64,000 nt of DNA, taken from Octopus sinensis (taxonomy: Eukaryota). The stretch lies in contig NC_043003.1 of assembly GCF_006345805.1 (NCBI RefSeq), positions 72,230,001 through 72,294,000 on the forward strand, read 5' to 3'. Below the pieces are notes generated by a model. The model saw only the letters and a program-made list of their open reading frames with translations, was not told the origin of the DNA and made no database searches. Below are positions 38,436 to 52,699 of the stretch, one piece after another; position 1 is the stretch's first letter, and each line of letters opens with the position of its first letter. The position numbers were made by a program, and so were the translations under genes.

Positions 38436-40714
38436 TCTACGTTGGAAATATTAACAAATCATTTCTTGCTTATTTGCATGTTTGCTTATTAAGCAAATAG
38501 GCATACATAGTGTATAGTATCAACCAATCGTAGATTCTTTGAAACAATTTTTTTTAATAGGAATTTCTATATTTCATATAAATGAATTCCTGCTATGTAT
38601 AGCTGAGTGGTCCATCTTTTGTCACTTTATGAGTGTGTGTGCGCGCGTGTGTGTAATGAGTAGATGTGTGAAAATGTGTGCGTGTATGTGTATAATTGCT
38701 TGATTGTGTGTGTTTATCTCAAATTGTTTGAATGTGTGTGTGTGTAGGCTTTGTACTGTTGCATATGTTGTGTCCTTGTAGGTGTGTGTGTGTGTGTGTG
38801 CGAGTGTGTTTTGTGCATCTTTGTATGCGTGTGAGTGAGTGCCTTTGTGTGTGTGTATAGGTGTGTGTGCGTGTGCGTGCGTTGTTGTATGTAGTTCGAA
38901 TGTACGCGTGTGTGTTTGTGGTGCTGAATATAGAGTATGTCTCTGTGCGCACGTGTGTGTGTGCGTATGTGCGTGTGAGCGCGTGTGTGTTTATATGTTG
39001 AATGTGTGCAAATATGTGTGTATGGTTGTATGTGCTTGTGTCTAAGTTTAGTTTGGTTACAGGCATTAAATAATATTTAAAATGTTCACTTTTAAGTCAT
39101 TATGCTTTAGTTTGAGCCACTACGGAGCACGTCGGGGAAATGCGTTCTTTTATAACCCAACTAAGTAAAACTGTGTAATTGGAACCTGTGAAGAAGATCC
39201 TTGAATCGATCCACTTTTCTGAAGATTACACTAAGAGTACACGTGGCCTGCGTAATACTCAGCCACTTATCATTCATTACATTCATAACTGCTGATTAAA
39301 CTGTGGATATTTATCGTCATTGAAATTAACTGTAAACAATTTATTTTGAAGTTCTGGTTGCTGAAATCTTTACCGTTTTAAAATTTTAGGTTAAGGTTTT
39401 CACTGTCCCTTGTATTCATGTAAGAAATCACTATGTCCCTTGTTCGCTTGGATGTCGAGACTGCAACATGAGCACACTTATGTTTGAAAACATTCCATTT
39501 ACATAGCTAATGTACTTAAGACCAACACTAGTTATTTCTTATAATCCTTAAAATCCTTAAAAGTCGACTGTACGGATTTTCATACTTCTCTGGCCTGCTA
39601 CATATTTCCTTCTAATAACAATAATTCTGTAAAGTCTTTATTCAACAACACTTGAGTGGAGCAGTTATAAATCTGGCAGTATAAGACTGAGACGTGTCAA
39701 CTCTCTGAACCTTCAAGCACTGTATGTGTGTGTGTGTGTGTGTATGTATGTGTACGTTGTGTGTGCGTGTGTGTGCTTGCTTGTGTGCATGCGTGCATGC
39801 ACGCGCGCGTAATAATTTAGGCAATCTTTTCACAAACTGGAAGATAGCGAGCCACTATTTCTTTCATTGCAGTTTCCATTGAGCTTAGTTAAGGAGAGAT
39901 AATCTGTCAATGTTTGGACCGGACAATTCTGGTAACTTCGCCCAACATCAATGTTAACTGAGTCACGGCAGGACGTGAATGTTCATCATTATACTATTTA
40001 CAGTACAGAAGCTTCTTTTATTGAAGTCTGTAAAAACATATACAGAGTGTAAGGGGACAAGCAGAAAGAAAAGACACGACTGAAGTTGAGGTGGAAGATT
40101 GTGGTTCATTTACTCTCACCTTCAATGTACAGGCCAAACACGGTTATTTATTGAACGCAAATAGATATCCCAGAGTAGGTAGGTTCACCGACGCACAATT
40201 GCTGAAATCAGTGAAACTAATGTAACATTGACAAGCTTAGCTTGCAGTACTCAGTTTAAATCTTACCAGTGACTAGTATAGAGTTGAAACCAATGGTGTA
40301 TCTACATCAAAATGGGTTTAGAATTTCCTCACCTTTTTTCATCGTTGTTGCTACTTTTACCACATAAATAAGGGAGAACGACATCCATCACTCTTTCATC
40401 GATTCCTAATCAAGGGGTAGCAATGTTGACCCAAATATTTACAACAGACTGACCTCCGATAATAATATCCAAGGACCGGGTAGTGGTGCTAAACTGGATT
40501 TCTCCGACATTATGTTCACCATCCCAAAAATTCAGAACTCAAATATTTCACGAGATCTCAAACAATTCTGCCAATCCACTGCTATGGATTATCAACCCCA
40601 AAAAGAAGTTGTCGTCAATCTATATCGATCCTGATCCGGTATCTATGCTCTAACCATGGCTATCCTGTCATTTTCTCAGACATTCTGTCGACAGAGTTAT
40701 ATTACTCAACATTT

Positions 40715-40949
40715 AGAAGGCGGCGAGCTGGCAGAAACGTTAGCACGCCGGGTGAAATGCATAGCCGTATTTCGTCTGCCGTTACGTTCTGAGTTCAAAT
40801 TCCGCCGAGGTCGACTTTGCCTTTCATCCTTTCTGGGTCGATAAATAAAGTACCAGTTACGCACTGGGGTCGATGTAATCGACTTAATCCCTTTGTCTGT
40901 CCTTGTTTGTCCCCACTATGTTTAGCCTCTTGTGGGCAATAAAGAAATA
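40715..40949 (+). mobile_element. SINE S2 monomer with TSD
   Basis: TSD TATATTACTC(A/C)ACATTT at 40698-40714 and 40950-40966. Confidence 0.92.
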
Positions 40950-40989
40950 TATATTACTCCACATTTTCTTCGTTTATCAATAAGGTAGG

Positions 40990-41600
40990 GTGTGATTTGG
41001 GAGATTGCGATGATGATTTTTGATATGTGTAGCGTTTGTATTTCTTTGCTGTTTAAAGAGACAACAATGGAATATCCCCGTCGAAGAATACGTTCACTGT
41101 CTCTTATTTATGGGGTGATGGACATTTATAGGATCATGGACATACTCTTTTCAAAGATAAGAGCAGATCCCTGCATAGGGAATGAGATTGAAGTGTTTAG
41201 TGAGTATAGGGATTAGCTATGAAGTACACTGATTGAGGGTAATGGAAGAGCCTTGTTAGATGAAAAAGACCGAAGGTACTTTTGCATTTATCCAGTCTGT
41301 ATACAAGATGGTGGGCTTGAAAAGGTGGGAACGGACCGAAATGAAGGTTTGACGAATTTGTCTAGTGTGGAGTAATGAAACAGTGTAGTGCGGGTGTAAT
41401 GTTCACAGAATCATCAATGTTGCGATGTGTAGAGGACTGATGCTTAGTAGGATGCGTAGAGGAAGATTCTGGGAATAAGATAGAAATTCTTTTGGTAATA
41501 GAAAGGTTTGGAAGGAGGGATAGGTTTCGAGGGTAAACTGTTGTACAGCACAGGAAGTAATCTATTGCAATTTGGATAAAAGTCTTTCAGATTTTGCGTT
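40990..41600 (-). mobile_element. degenerate CR1/Jockey-group LINE remnant
   Basis: Weak pre-RT motifs (VQKYLRSFSSNKA..SISFP). Confidence 0.3.
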
Positions 41601-42105
41601 CTGGATAAAATGTGTCCATTTACCTACACATATCTTTACGTAAATTTATCTACATGCATACAAACATACTTGAATACATGTTTACACACATATACATACG
41701 TATATAATGTTTACATACATTTATATTCGATTATAAACAGCATTTAGCTGTTCAATCAGCTGAAGTACTACGGACAGGTGTTCCATTTAATATAATCCTT
41801 AGGAAAAATCAGCGTGACGAAGTGTGTAATTTGGCTAGAGCTTTGAATTACAGGTACACTTCATCTGACAAATTTCTACAGTTTCCGTCAAACCAATTTC
41901 ACCTATAAGGCTCGGATTGACTGGAATCTAAGATGGAAATAATTTATCCACGATGCCATGCCGTAAGATGAAAAACAAAACTTTGTAATTAGGAAGCACA
42001 TTTCTTAACTAACCGGTCATACTGTACCCTTACACATATATAATCATAAATTTACGTATAAACATACAGTCTTAAATTCATATAATCATATAAATATATG
42101 TATAT

Positions 42106-42137
<32 letters not shown>

Positions 42138-42186
42138 GAGCAATAATAAATCCTTGAACGTGATATAAACAGTAGCTGCATGACAA

Positions 42187-42608
42187 TGTGAAGTATATTT
42201 GCATTTAAATGTGGCTAACCACTAAGTGTGGATGCTACTGTAGCTTGTAGCCCCAGGAGAACATCTTCTGTAGCTGGGTATTGACACACTTTCTGTGCCC
42301 TATCATTGTTTACACTTTTTCGAGATCAGTGACTTTTCGTCACTGGAAAAAGGATAAATGTATTTGCACTTGGACCCCTTCGAATCACAGACCGGTGATT
42401 GTCGTGCGCTGACGACGAGTAAATACTCAGAAACCCGGGTCCGTGAGTATCACGTTAGGTCGACGATGGGAAGGATGGCTTCCTTTTGCAAATACTGATA
42501 GGGCACAGAAAGTGTGTCAATAGCCAGCTGGAGATGTTCCCCTGGGGCTACAAGCTACAGTAGCATCCACCCTTAGTGGTTAGCCACATTTAAATGGCAA
42601 ATATACTT

Positions 42609-42612
<4 letters not shown>
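42187..42612 (+). mobile_element. inverted-repeat cassette B containing a hammerhead
   Basis: About 119-bp arms 42187-42305 and 42496-42612 with few mismatches and two small indels. Confidence 0.85.
42406..42444 (+). ncRNA. minimal type I hammerhead motif
   Basis: GCG CTGACGA C GAGT aaat ACTC A GAAA CCCGGG TC CGT: intact core, palindromic stem III, GUC site after 42441, C.A mismatch at the base of stem II. Confidence 0.8.
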
Positions 42613-42651
<39 letters not shown>

Positions 42652-42742
42652 GTATGTATGTATGTGTGTATGTATATATATATATGAATGTATGTATATA
42701 TATATATACATGCATATATATACATATATACATACACACATA

Positions 42743-42806
<64 letters not shown>

Positions 42807-42814
42807 CATATAAA

Positions 42815-43201
42815 TACAGTGTACATTTAAACACATAAGATTCCTGGCATAGAAAATTTTCGAAGTAACGCCGGTATTATTCTTTGCTGCCGAAAAAAAA
42901 AAACTACGCTTGCGCGGTGGATCTGAAAAATTATAATGTATAACCACGTGGCACATGCTGGATTGCATCGTACTTATATGATTAATCTAGGCGTACCTGA
43001 TGATGAAGACTTCACCTAGCAAATTATTTTATTTGCTAAAAAAAGTCAGAAACCATGGCCTAGGAGATAGATGGTAAATGTTTTTATTTTTCATTCCCTT
43101 CGAAGTTTTCTCCCTAATAGATGTTTGGACTTTGGCTGTTCCTTCTAGCGTGCCAGGAAGCCTATAACGGATACCTCTTATGTGCTTAAATGTACACTGT
43201 A
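42815..43201 (+). mobile_element. inverted-repeat cassette C with degenerate hammerhead (42997-43064)
   Basis: 25/26 arms 42815-42840 and 43176-43201; CTGATGA TGA[AGA]CTT..TAGCAAAT/ATTTGCTA..AAGTCA GAAA CCATGG CC TAGG. Confidence 0.7.
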
Positions 43202-43326
43202 TCTACATGAATAATATATAGTCTATTGACTAATTTTTCTACACGCTAGATCACTGGTAGTAAAAATTTCTAAAATCTTTATTACCCTGATATTATTAAT
43301 TGTAAATACACACACACACACACACA

Positions 43327-43376
<50 letters not shown>

Positions 43377-43380
43377 GCAT

Positions 43381-43433
<53 letters not shown>

Positions 43434-43468
43434 TATACATATATATGTATATACGTATATATACAAAC

Positions 43469-43522
<54 letters not shown>

Positions 43523-43684
43523 AGATACAAAATGTTATGTTAGATAAAAAAATATAAAATACGAGATAAAAATAATTAAAGAGATGCAGGCTCATGTGAT
43601 ACACAATCTATTTTTGAATCGAGATGTTCCAGTCAATGTCCTATATACATACATACATACATACATGTATATATATGTATTTGC

Positions 43685-46331
43685 ACAACAAAGCCAATGA
43701 CCTGACAGTAATTGGGCTCAATAGGCCGCCCCAAACACCCATACTGTGCTTTAAAGAATGCCTCAACAGCATTAAGTGCTTTATTCAACAGTGCCATTCT
43801 AGCAACCTACTCATGATGGGAGACTTCAATCTACCCTGTGTTGACTGGACTACAAACTGTTTGAAACCAAGCACTCCCGCCTCAACCGCTGACAAAGAAG
43901 CAGCAGAGTCACTTTTCGACTTTACGAATGAGTTTTTCTTGTCCCAACTTGTCCTTGCACCAACAAGACATCAGAACATTTTGGACCTAGTGTTTAGTAA
44001 CCACGCTAACACTATACATAACGTTACAGTGGAAAAAACCCTTCTTTCAGATCATGACATGGTTCTCTGTAACATGAAATTCCACCAGCCGAAAGCTAAT
44101 CCTAGTGACCTCCCTCCAGCCCACCCATTTGACAACATGGATCTCCATAATGCCAACTGGGATGCAATCAGGAACGAGCTATCACATGTTGACTGGTCCT
44201 TTACACATACACACATCTCCACCAACCATAAAACATCTTGGCAGATCTTTGTAGACACCGTCACAGACATATGTGCAAAACACTCCCCACCAAGACCTGT
44301 GAACAAAAAGTGCAGAATCCCCCAAAACAGAAAAACCATTATCAGAAAAATAAAAAGAACAAACAAAAAAATTAACAAACTAAAGTACTGCCAACAGCAA
44401 CACACACATTCGACGGCTATCGCACTGCTTGAATCCAAAAAATGTAACCTCCAACAATGCATGAAGACCCTCATCAATAACCAAAGATCAGCTGAGGAGA
44501 AGTGGGCCATTGAAAAAATCAAACTCAACCCCAAAGTGTTCTTTTCATTTGCGAGGAAACGCAGGGTCACTGTCTCCATTGTTGGCCCTCTAATTGATGA
44601 AACTGGCACTCTCCAAGATAATGCCAAATCCATGGCCGAGATACTGCAGAAACAATACTGCTCTGTTTTCAGCAATCCTGATATGGCCGATCTGGGCTGT
44701 ATCAGTGATGTCAACCCCCAACACACTATATCGGACATAACGTTTAGTGCCCCTGATGTCTTAGCGGCGATAAACGAAATAAAACACAATTCAGCAGTAG
44801 GCCCCGATAGGTTCCCTGCTTGTGTCCTGAAGGTGTGTCGACACCAACTTGCATCTCCCCTTGCTAATCTGTGGAGAAACTCACTGGATGTTGGCTATAT
44901 TCCAAAAAACCTTCTGTCCCAGTCTGTTGTCCCAGTTTTCAAAAAGGGAAACAAGTCCCTTGCAGTGAACTACCGTCCGATCTCACTCACCTCTCATATC
45001 ATCAAGGTATTTGAGAGGGTGGTGAGATCTCGAATAACCCAATTTCTGGAAAGCAACAGACGGCTGATCTCTAACCAACATGGGTTCCGTAATGGAAGGG
45101 ACTGCCTAACGCAGCTCCTGCATCACTTTGATGACATTTGAGAGCTTTGGGAGAGGGCTCCAACACCGATGTCATCCACCTTGATTTCAGTAAGGCCTTC
45201 GACAGGGTCGATCACAAGATCCTATTGAAAAAACTATCCAACATTGGTGTCTCTGGAAAGTTACTGAAATGGATCAAGTGTTTCCTGACAGACAGATCTC
45301 AACATGTTGTAGTTGAAGGGGTAAAATCAAGCCCAGCCAAAGTCAGTAGTGGCGTTCCGCAAGGCACTGTGCTGGGCCCACTTCTTTTCATCATTTACAT
45401 TAATGACATTAATGACATCATCAAGCACAGCAACATAAAAATCTTTGCAGATGATTCCAAGCTACAGAAGGTCATAAATGAGGCGAGTGACCGGACATGC
45501 CTTCAGTCAGATCTACTGGCTGTTATCCAATGGGCAGAAACAAACAATATGCTGCTGAACGAGGATAAATTTGAGTTAATCCACTTTGGAAAAGAGGATG
45601 CCCTGAAACTCCCATACTCCCTTCCTTTAGGTGAAACTCTCGCGGCGTCCAACAACATCAGAGACTTGGGAGTAATTGTGGACAACAACATAAGCTGGGC
45701 CACTCATATAAACACCAAAGTTGACATGGCCCGCAGAATGTGTTCCTGGATTCTCAGAACTTTCCAGTCGAGAGATATCCACACCATTATCCTTCTCTTC
45801 TCCACTTTTGCCCGACCCCACCTTGAATACTGTTGTCCACTGTGGTCTCCCCACACAATACAAGGTATCATAAAAGTTGAAGCACCTCAAAGGGCAATCA
45901 CAAAAAAGATAGATGGCATGACAGGCCTCGACTATTGGGGTCGACTAGAAAAGCTAAAACTCTATTCTCTCCAACGTCGTCGTGAGCGCTACATCATCTG
46001 CATGATGTGGAAAATATTCCATCAGCATTGCCCAAATGATGTTGGCATCACCTTTAAGGTACATCCAAGGCTTGGGCCCCGTGCCATCCGCCCAAAACAA
46101 AAATCGCACTCTCATCTCATAACAACAATACGGCACAATTATTTCACCTCAATTGGCCCCGCTCTCTTTAACATTGCACCAAAACACATTAAAATAGAAA
46201 CTGACCCTATAGGGTTCAAGAAGTCTTTGGACAGATTCCTTCAAGAAATCCCGGATAAACCCCCTACACCCGGATATGTCTCTGTAAACAATAACTCTCT
46301 ACTTGAGTGGGCCATAGTGCCCAAATTCTGA
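43685..46331 (+). pseudogene. CR1 ORF2 endonuclease/reverse transcriptase pseudogene
   Basis: The 505-aa and 397-aa ORFs join in frame if one T is restored in GAC ATT T(T)G AGA at about 45136-45139. Confidence 0.9.
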
Positions 46332-46420
46332 CTTGAAAGACTTCACCAGGTGGTGCTATTAAGTTAGACATGGCCTGGGCCAATAATGGCCGAAACCTAT
46401 CAAAGTATCAAAGTATCAAA

Positions 46421-46423
<3 letters not shown>
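43685..46423 (+). mobile_element. CR1-clade LINE, 5'-truncated, ORF2 (APE + RT) with one frameshift
   Basis: GDFNLPCVDW, NILDLVF, SDH (APE); NYRPISLTS, QHGFR, DFSKAFDRVDH, SGVPQGTVLGPLLF, FADD, LEYCCPLWSP (RT); stop at 46331; tail (TATCAAAG)3 at 46398-46421. Confidence 0.95.
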
Positions 46424-46474
<51 letters not shown>

Positions 46475-46712
46475 ATATCTATTGTTATTGAAGTAGATAA
46501 ATGAATTATCTTATTACGGATAATTCAAATGATAATCGATACCTGGGTAGCAAAAATCACAACAGAAAAAGCACAGTTGAAGTTACGACCATTGCATAAT
46601 GGACTCCTTATTCAATCCGAATTAGGGACTTTGCAGCCTTCGAAACATATGTAGAAAATAAAAAAAGGAATTTTGTTAAATCTTCGTTCAGCTCCATTTC
46701 TTCCTACACTTA

Positions 46713-46746
<34 letters not shown>

Positions 46747-46804
46747 ATGTATATATGTATATATGTATGCATATGTATATATACATATATACATATATAT
46801 ATAC

Positions 46805-46837
<33 letters not shown>

Positions 46838-47042
46838 CATACACACACAAACACACATATATATTTATATACATACACACATACACATATATATTTATAT
46901 ACATACACACATACACATATATATTTATATACATACATTTAGATATAATATATACGTGTGTATTTATGTATATGCGTCTATATATACACACACACAAAGA
47001 TATACATATGTATATATGTGTGTAAGTATGTATGTATATACA

Positions 47043-47116
<74 letters not shown>

Positions 47117-48067
47117 GAAACATGCATGTATATGCATACATACTTACATAATCTGCAGTCTGACATGTGATACGATTTCCTATCGTTCTGTAAACACGTA
47201 CATATGGAACTGTGTGCACTAGTAATAGTAGAACACAGAAACTGAACCATAACGCTGCATTTCCCCCCTTCAAGGCCAGAAAAATTATGGGTGTAGTATG
47301 TTGTGGAGTGCATAGGAACGTTGGTTTATGTTTACTCGCTTTGAAATTCATTGCACGTGATTTGTTGTATATCAGAGCCGAACACTTAATTATTCTACAT
47401 TACCCAAATTATCCTACATTATCCAAGTTAATCTAAATGGGAAGAATTAGTAATGTTTACATTTTATAAGAAAGAAAAGCAAGTTGCTTTCAATTAACTA
47501 ACGTCATCTAAACTCATAGAGTTACCTTTTAGCTTATATAAAGTAAATGTCAATTTAATCGTTGATCTTAGGGATCAAGATACGCGAAAAGTTTAGCTAG
47601 CTTAAACATTAATTTCGTTTCTACAGCTGTTAATGAATTTATAATGCTCAAATACACCTTAGGTGCTTGCAATGTTCAATAAATGGGAGAGTACATCTAT
47701 ACCAACATTGAATGTAGCGCTCCTTTATGGATGCAGTCTGAATGCATCCATACAAACACGACATTGGGGTTATTACTCCAATAGTCCAACTACATCCCAA
47801 ACAACATAAAACAGAGGTCATTCTACATACTAGAGATACTATATACCATAACCGCACAGAAACACTACAAACGCACGAGACACCATACACACGTACAACA
47901 CAGAGGTAAACAATAAACACTTAATGCACACATAATACTAGGTATACCAAGATATAAATTCAAAAAACTATGATATTATCCATTAAATAGTGGCTAACAA
48001 TTTCAGCAGCAGCAGTAGCAGAAGCTTCTATGAAGAGTATCGCAATCAAACTATGTATATATTTTAT

Positions 48068-48295
48068 TTGTTTTAGTCATTAGACTACGGCCATGCTAAG
48101 GGCATCATCTTGAAGAATTTTTAATTGAAAGAATCACCCCAGCACTTATATTTTTCTTTTTCTTTTAAAACCTGGTACTTGTTCTATTGGTCTCTATGCC
48201 CACACCGCTAAGTTACGGGGACTTAGACACACCACCACCGGTTGTCAAGCGGTGGTGGGGCACAAAAACTGACATAAACATACACACATACACAC
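48068..48295 (-). mobile_element. SINE S1 3' part, diverged
   Basis: Reverse complement of the S1 tail. Confidence 0.65.
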
Positions 48296-48407
48296 ACGTT
48301 ACTCAGAGTTTTACATTTCCGTTCAGTCTTGATCGCAAGTGTCCGACGAACGGAAACGTGAAACTCTGAGTAACAGTTTTTGTGGTGTTTATATATATAC
48401 ATACACG

Positions 48408-48440
<33 letters not shown>

Positions 48441-48519
48441 GTACATACAAACATACATACATACATATATATAAATTTTTAAATAAATTTTTCAATAATG
48501 TTTAAAAACCGACAGTCTG

Positions 48520-49245
48520 ATCCTAAGGTACCCAAAAAGTTAAATGTTGCAAACTTTAAATTATCAAGCAACTTGCAAAGATTCCATGAGAGTATCAACC
48601 TTGAGCCAAATAATCTATAGGAAGATTTCAAAGCAAAAGTGTGTCAGGCTGAAAGTTCATCAGTGGGATTTAAATCACGTAAGTCCAGTGACTGGTTTTC
48701 AGATAGATGAGCAGAAATTCATGATCTACTTTGAGAAAAACAAAACTTAGGTCATACACATCTTTGTCAGTCCTTGAACCCCAACTTAAACGAAACTTAC
48801 AGAAAGCTGAAAGAGAAAGTGCAGACTGCTCTAAGGAAAATTAAAAAGGAATGGTGGAATGATAGATCAAAAGGGGCACAAAAAACAACTGATAGATATA
48901 ATGTCAAGGGTTTCTATCCTTATGTTAAGGAGGTATATGGCTCCAAATTATCAATAGCTCCAGTGAGAACAGCAAATGGACGTTTGCTTCTGACTGACAT
49001 CGCTTCTAGTCATAAGCGCAGGGTAGAAAATTTTTCTGCACTTTTGAATAGATTATCATCCACTGACATGAGGATGATAGAAAAAATCGAACACCTTCCA
49101 GTTTATAGAAGATATGGCATTTGAACTAACTCTAAATGACATTTATTTAGCTGTGAATAAGCTGAATAACAATAAGTCTCCAGGTCTTGATGGAATCTGT
49201 GCAGAAGTCTTGAAATATGGGGGTGACAAAATGTTTGAACTCTTA
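48520..49245 (+). mobile_element. RTE (BovB-like) LINE ORF fragment
   Basis: EWWNDRS..AQ..DRYNVKGFY..VKEVYGS..PVRTANGRLLLTD..ENFSALLNR; NNKSPGLDGICAEVLKYGG. Confidence 0.85.
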
Positions 49246-51249
49246 ACCATATTAATTTTTCACTGACAGCGATAGAAAGACAATAAAGACAATGGCCACC
49301 ACAGTCCCTACAACTTCAAAATTACAAAATCAACTAAATTTTTTGGTCTATGTATTAAATGTCACTTAACATTTATGATCTTGTTTGTTATTTCGGATCT
49401 CGATTATTATTAGAATCCTGCTTCTTATACACAATATCCTGCTGTTGAAAGAACTACGAAACGTCAACCATAAAATAACGAAGTATAAAATCTCGATTTT
49501 TTTTTTCCAAATATTAACATATTAAGGTAGTGCATCAGACGTTAGTTTAATATTATTTATATTTTTAAAGCATTGTCAGTAAGCTATCCCATACCATAAT
49601 TAATTGGACAGATATGAAAAGAACTTAACAAATATGACAATAACATCGACATGACAGTAATAGATATGACAGTTATTTGATACAACTTATTAGGTTAAGT
49701 TGGAACTATCTCAATATTAACTATATAATTTATCATTGTAAATATATAAATGTTATGGTATAACAAAGGAAAATATGGAACAAAAGATCTCAATGTAAAT
49801 GCAAAATGCTAATTTATAAATACTACATAAAACGAATAGTTAATGTAACGGAATAGCAAGCTGAGAATCGAACATACACTGGGCTAGATGGAGTTTCATT
49901 GTTGTTGTTGTTTTTAGTTAACCCGATGTGAGTCTTTTTTGAGTAGACCTATGAAGGTGCTTCGGACCTGATGGTCTAGTCCTTTTCTTTCGAAAGTCTG
50001 TCTGTGACTACATCATCCGAAATGTATTTCCTCGTTTAAAATGATGAAATGTTTTATTAGGAAGTGATTCGGTTGCTATTTTTAGCCGGTCGAACTTCTA
50101 ATTTGACCTGAAAAAATTACAATTATGCCCATAATTTAATATTTTGACGCTTTCTCTGTGATAATGTAGTTAACATTACCGATTGGAATGCTTAGATTCA
50201 TATAACTAAATCGTAAACATCTAAATGATTTTAACTTCAACTCACACTGAGCAGTTTTGCTCATATTGTCTACTCAGCATAGGTTTTTATTCTATATCTT
50301 TCTACATTTCCATTACTCAATAGATTCCTTTTCCTTATCCTTATTTTATTAGATGGGGGTGGGTTGATTTTTCTATACCTCCTCTTTCTATTTTCCTACG
50401 ACCTCTCTGTCCGCTCTCACTTTAAACTTCTTTTTCTATTGATGGATCCCTAACATTACAATCTGTTTCTTTTCTATTTCAATATAGACTTACAATAACC
50501 TGTGATTTTAAATAGATTATCCTTTAATATATTTTATATGCTTTTGCTAACATAACTAAATGTTACACAACCGCCCCAACAGTTCATTCGTTTGACAATT
50601 TCATCAGAACGAAACATTTGGCTTCTAGATACGAAACATTTTTATTTTGATTAATAAATTATAGACACATTCACACATATATTAATAGTTTAGTACAACA
50701 TATTTCAAATGTACAACAGGTCCTTTTAATAAATATTCAGTTAAGATGAGTGGTGAAAAGTAAGCTAATTTGTTACATCATAGGTTTTATGTGTGTGCTG
50801 ACAGAAAATTGATTAGTTTTGTCCCTGTTCCAGGAAGACATTTAATAGAGAAAGGATACTCATCTGTCCACAGGTTGTAGAGAGTTGTTGTGTATACAAA
50901 CTTAGAAAGAGTGGAGATTATCTGTCCAATTTATTAATAAAGTGGTACAGTACATATGTCTAATTTAAATTTAAAGTTTATTTCATAATCGAAGACCTAA
51001 AACCATTTACTTAATCATAGTGGTCAGAATGTAGTGGGTTGACGTCGAACTCTTAGACGGGGTAAGTAGATGAAAAATAAGTAACGTTGCTGCGTTTAGC
51101 ATAGTTACCCCTTCTAAGATTTCTATGCCATTATGATTGAAACAAACCACAACCTTCTGACTATTAATACTAGATGTTAAAGCATACGGTTTAAGTAGCT
51201 GCGAAAATATCGAGGACTTTCATGTGAAAGGTGACGTTAATCTATATCT

Positions 51250-51530
51250 TGTAGGGGTATTTAATAAACATTGGTTTGAATGGTCGAACTGTACTGAGGT
51301 GATTTTGTCATGGGTAACCAGGCCTTCTTCATAATGAAAGACCCGCGGCTCTGTTCACACATTGAGTTCAGTGCACATCAATCTGTTTTGGATTTGTGTT
51401 TATAAAGTGTCCAATCTAAATTATTTTACAGTAGGCAGTTTTTATCAGTTTTATTGGTTATTTCGAAATGTAGGGACAGTTTTTACCTAATAATCATATA
51501 GTTTGTCTCGCTCATAAAAGTAACATGATT
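51250..51530 (-). mobile_element. possible Penelope/Poseidon-type GIY-YIG tail, very degenerate
   Basis: LDW..; CVNRAAGLSL..AWLP resembles 'NRD.G..L...W.P'. Confidence 0.3.
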
Positions 51531-51679
51531 TCATTTTTCCTAAAACAGAAGGTTTGAAAATGACCAAATTTAGATATATTTTTTCATTTCACATCTTTGT
51601 ATTCATCTAATTACCCATGCGATTTTAATTATATCAATACTTATATTTTTATATATATATACATTTTTAAGAAATTTCA

Positions 51680-51890
51680 ATAAGGCAGCGAGCTGGTAGA
51701 ACCGTTAACGCAGGGCAAAATGCTTAGATATGTTTCATCCATCTCTATGTTCTCAGTTCAAATTCCATCGGAGTTAACTTTGCCTTTCATCCTTTCGGGG
51801 TCATTAAAATAAGTTGAGCACTGGGGTCGATTTAGTCGACTTAACCCCTCCTACAAAACTGATGACCTTGTGCCAAAGTTTGAAACCAAT
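51680..51890 (+). mobile_element. SINE S2, diverged
   Basis: S2 head and core. Confidence 0.75.
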
Positions 51891-52699
51891 AAACTTCATC
51901 ATTAGTTTTCTCTCATGAAACCGCTTATATAGCTGTTATGATTCCTATTAACTGATTCACAAAACCTCATCAAGCAATAGGTTTTCAAAAGGTCAGCCTT
52001 TTTATGTTGATGACACACATCTTCCCCCAACCTCGTTAAAAGCAATCTCCATCACACTTGAACTAATGGCCAATGCAACCACTTATCACTCATCAATTAC
52101 CATTCACATCAAGCAAAGGTGAACAATTAATGCTCCTCTCCTACATTTGTACCAACATACGCAAACTAACACCCTCTCTCTCCATCCATTTTATAGCACC
52201 ATTCTCCAAAACCACAGTAACTGTAACAAGAAAAAAAGTGCTGTTCCCTATCCTCATATTCTGCTGAGCCAGTCCATTTATAATAAACCTTACATATCAA
52301 CCCCAACAACCCACTTTTCCATGTCTCTTGTTGTCAATGACAGCGTGTTGATTCCATAGGTTTGCACGTGCATAGGTCGCTGATATTTGCCGTTTGTATG
52401 TTTACTGTGTAAGTTACACACACATACACGCACACACACGCACACACACGCACGCGCACAAACACCCACACGCACACACACTCGCATGCATTCACACACG
52501 CATGAACGCACGAACGCACAGAACCAGAGCTTCAACTGATATCGTCCCGTGGAAGGCAACTTTTCATCCTAGAAAAATGTTGATACTGTTCATTATCTTT
52601 TTGCGCAGGTTCTTTTGGTATTATCACAGACTGAACTAGGATGGAGGAGGCTGTGTGCTTCCGGCAGTATGTTTGAACAGTCGCTAATATTGCCATATT

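Noticed and set aside
46368-46397. CTG-GGCC/GGCC-GAAAC at the CR1 3' end as a hammerhead
   Set aside because: Lacks the ANGA of the core and stems I and III; better read as a LINE 3' stem-loop.
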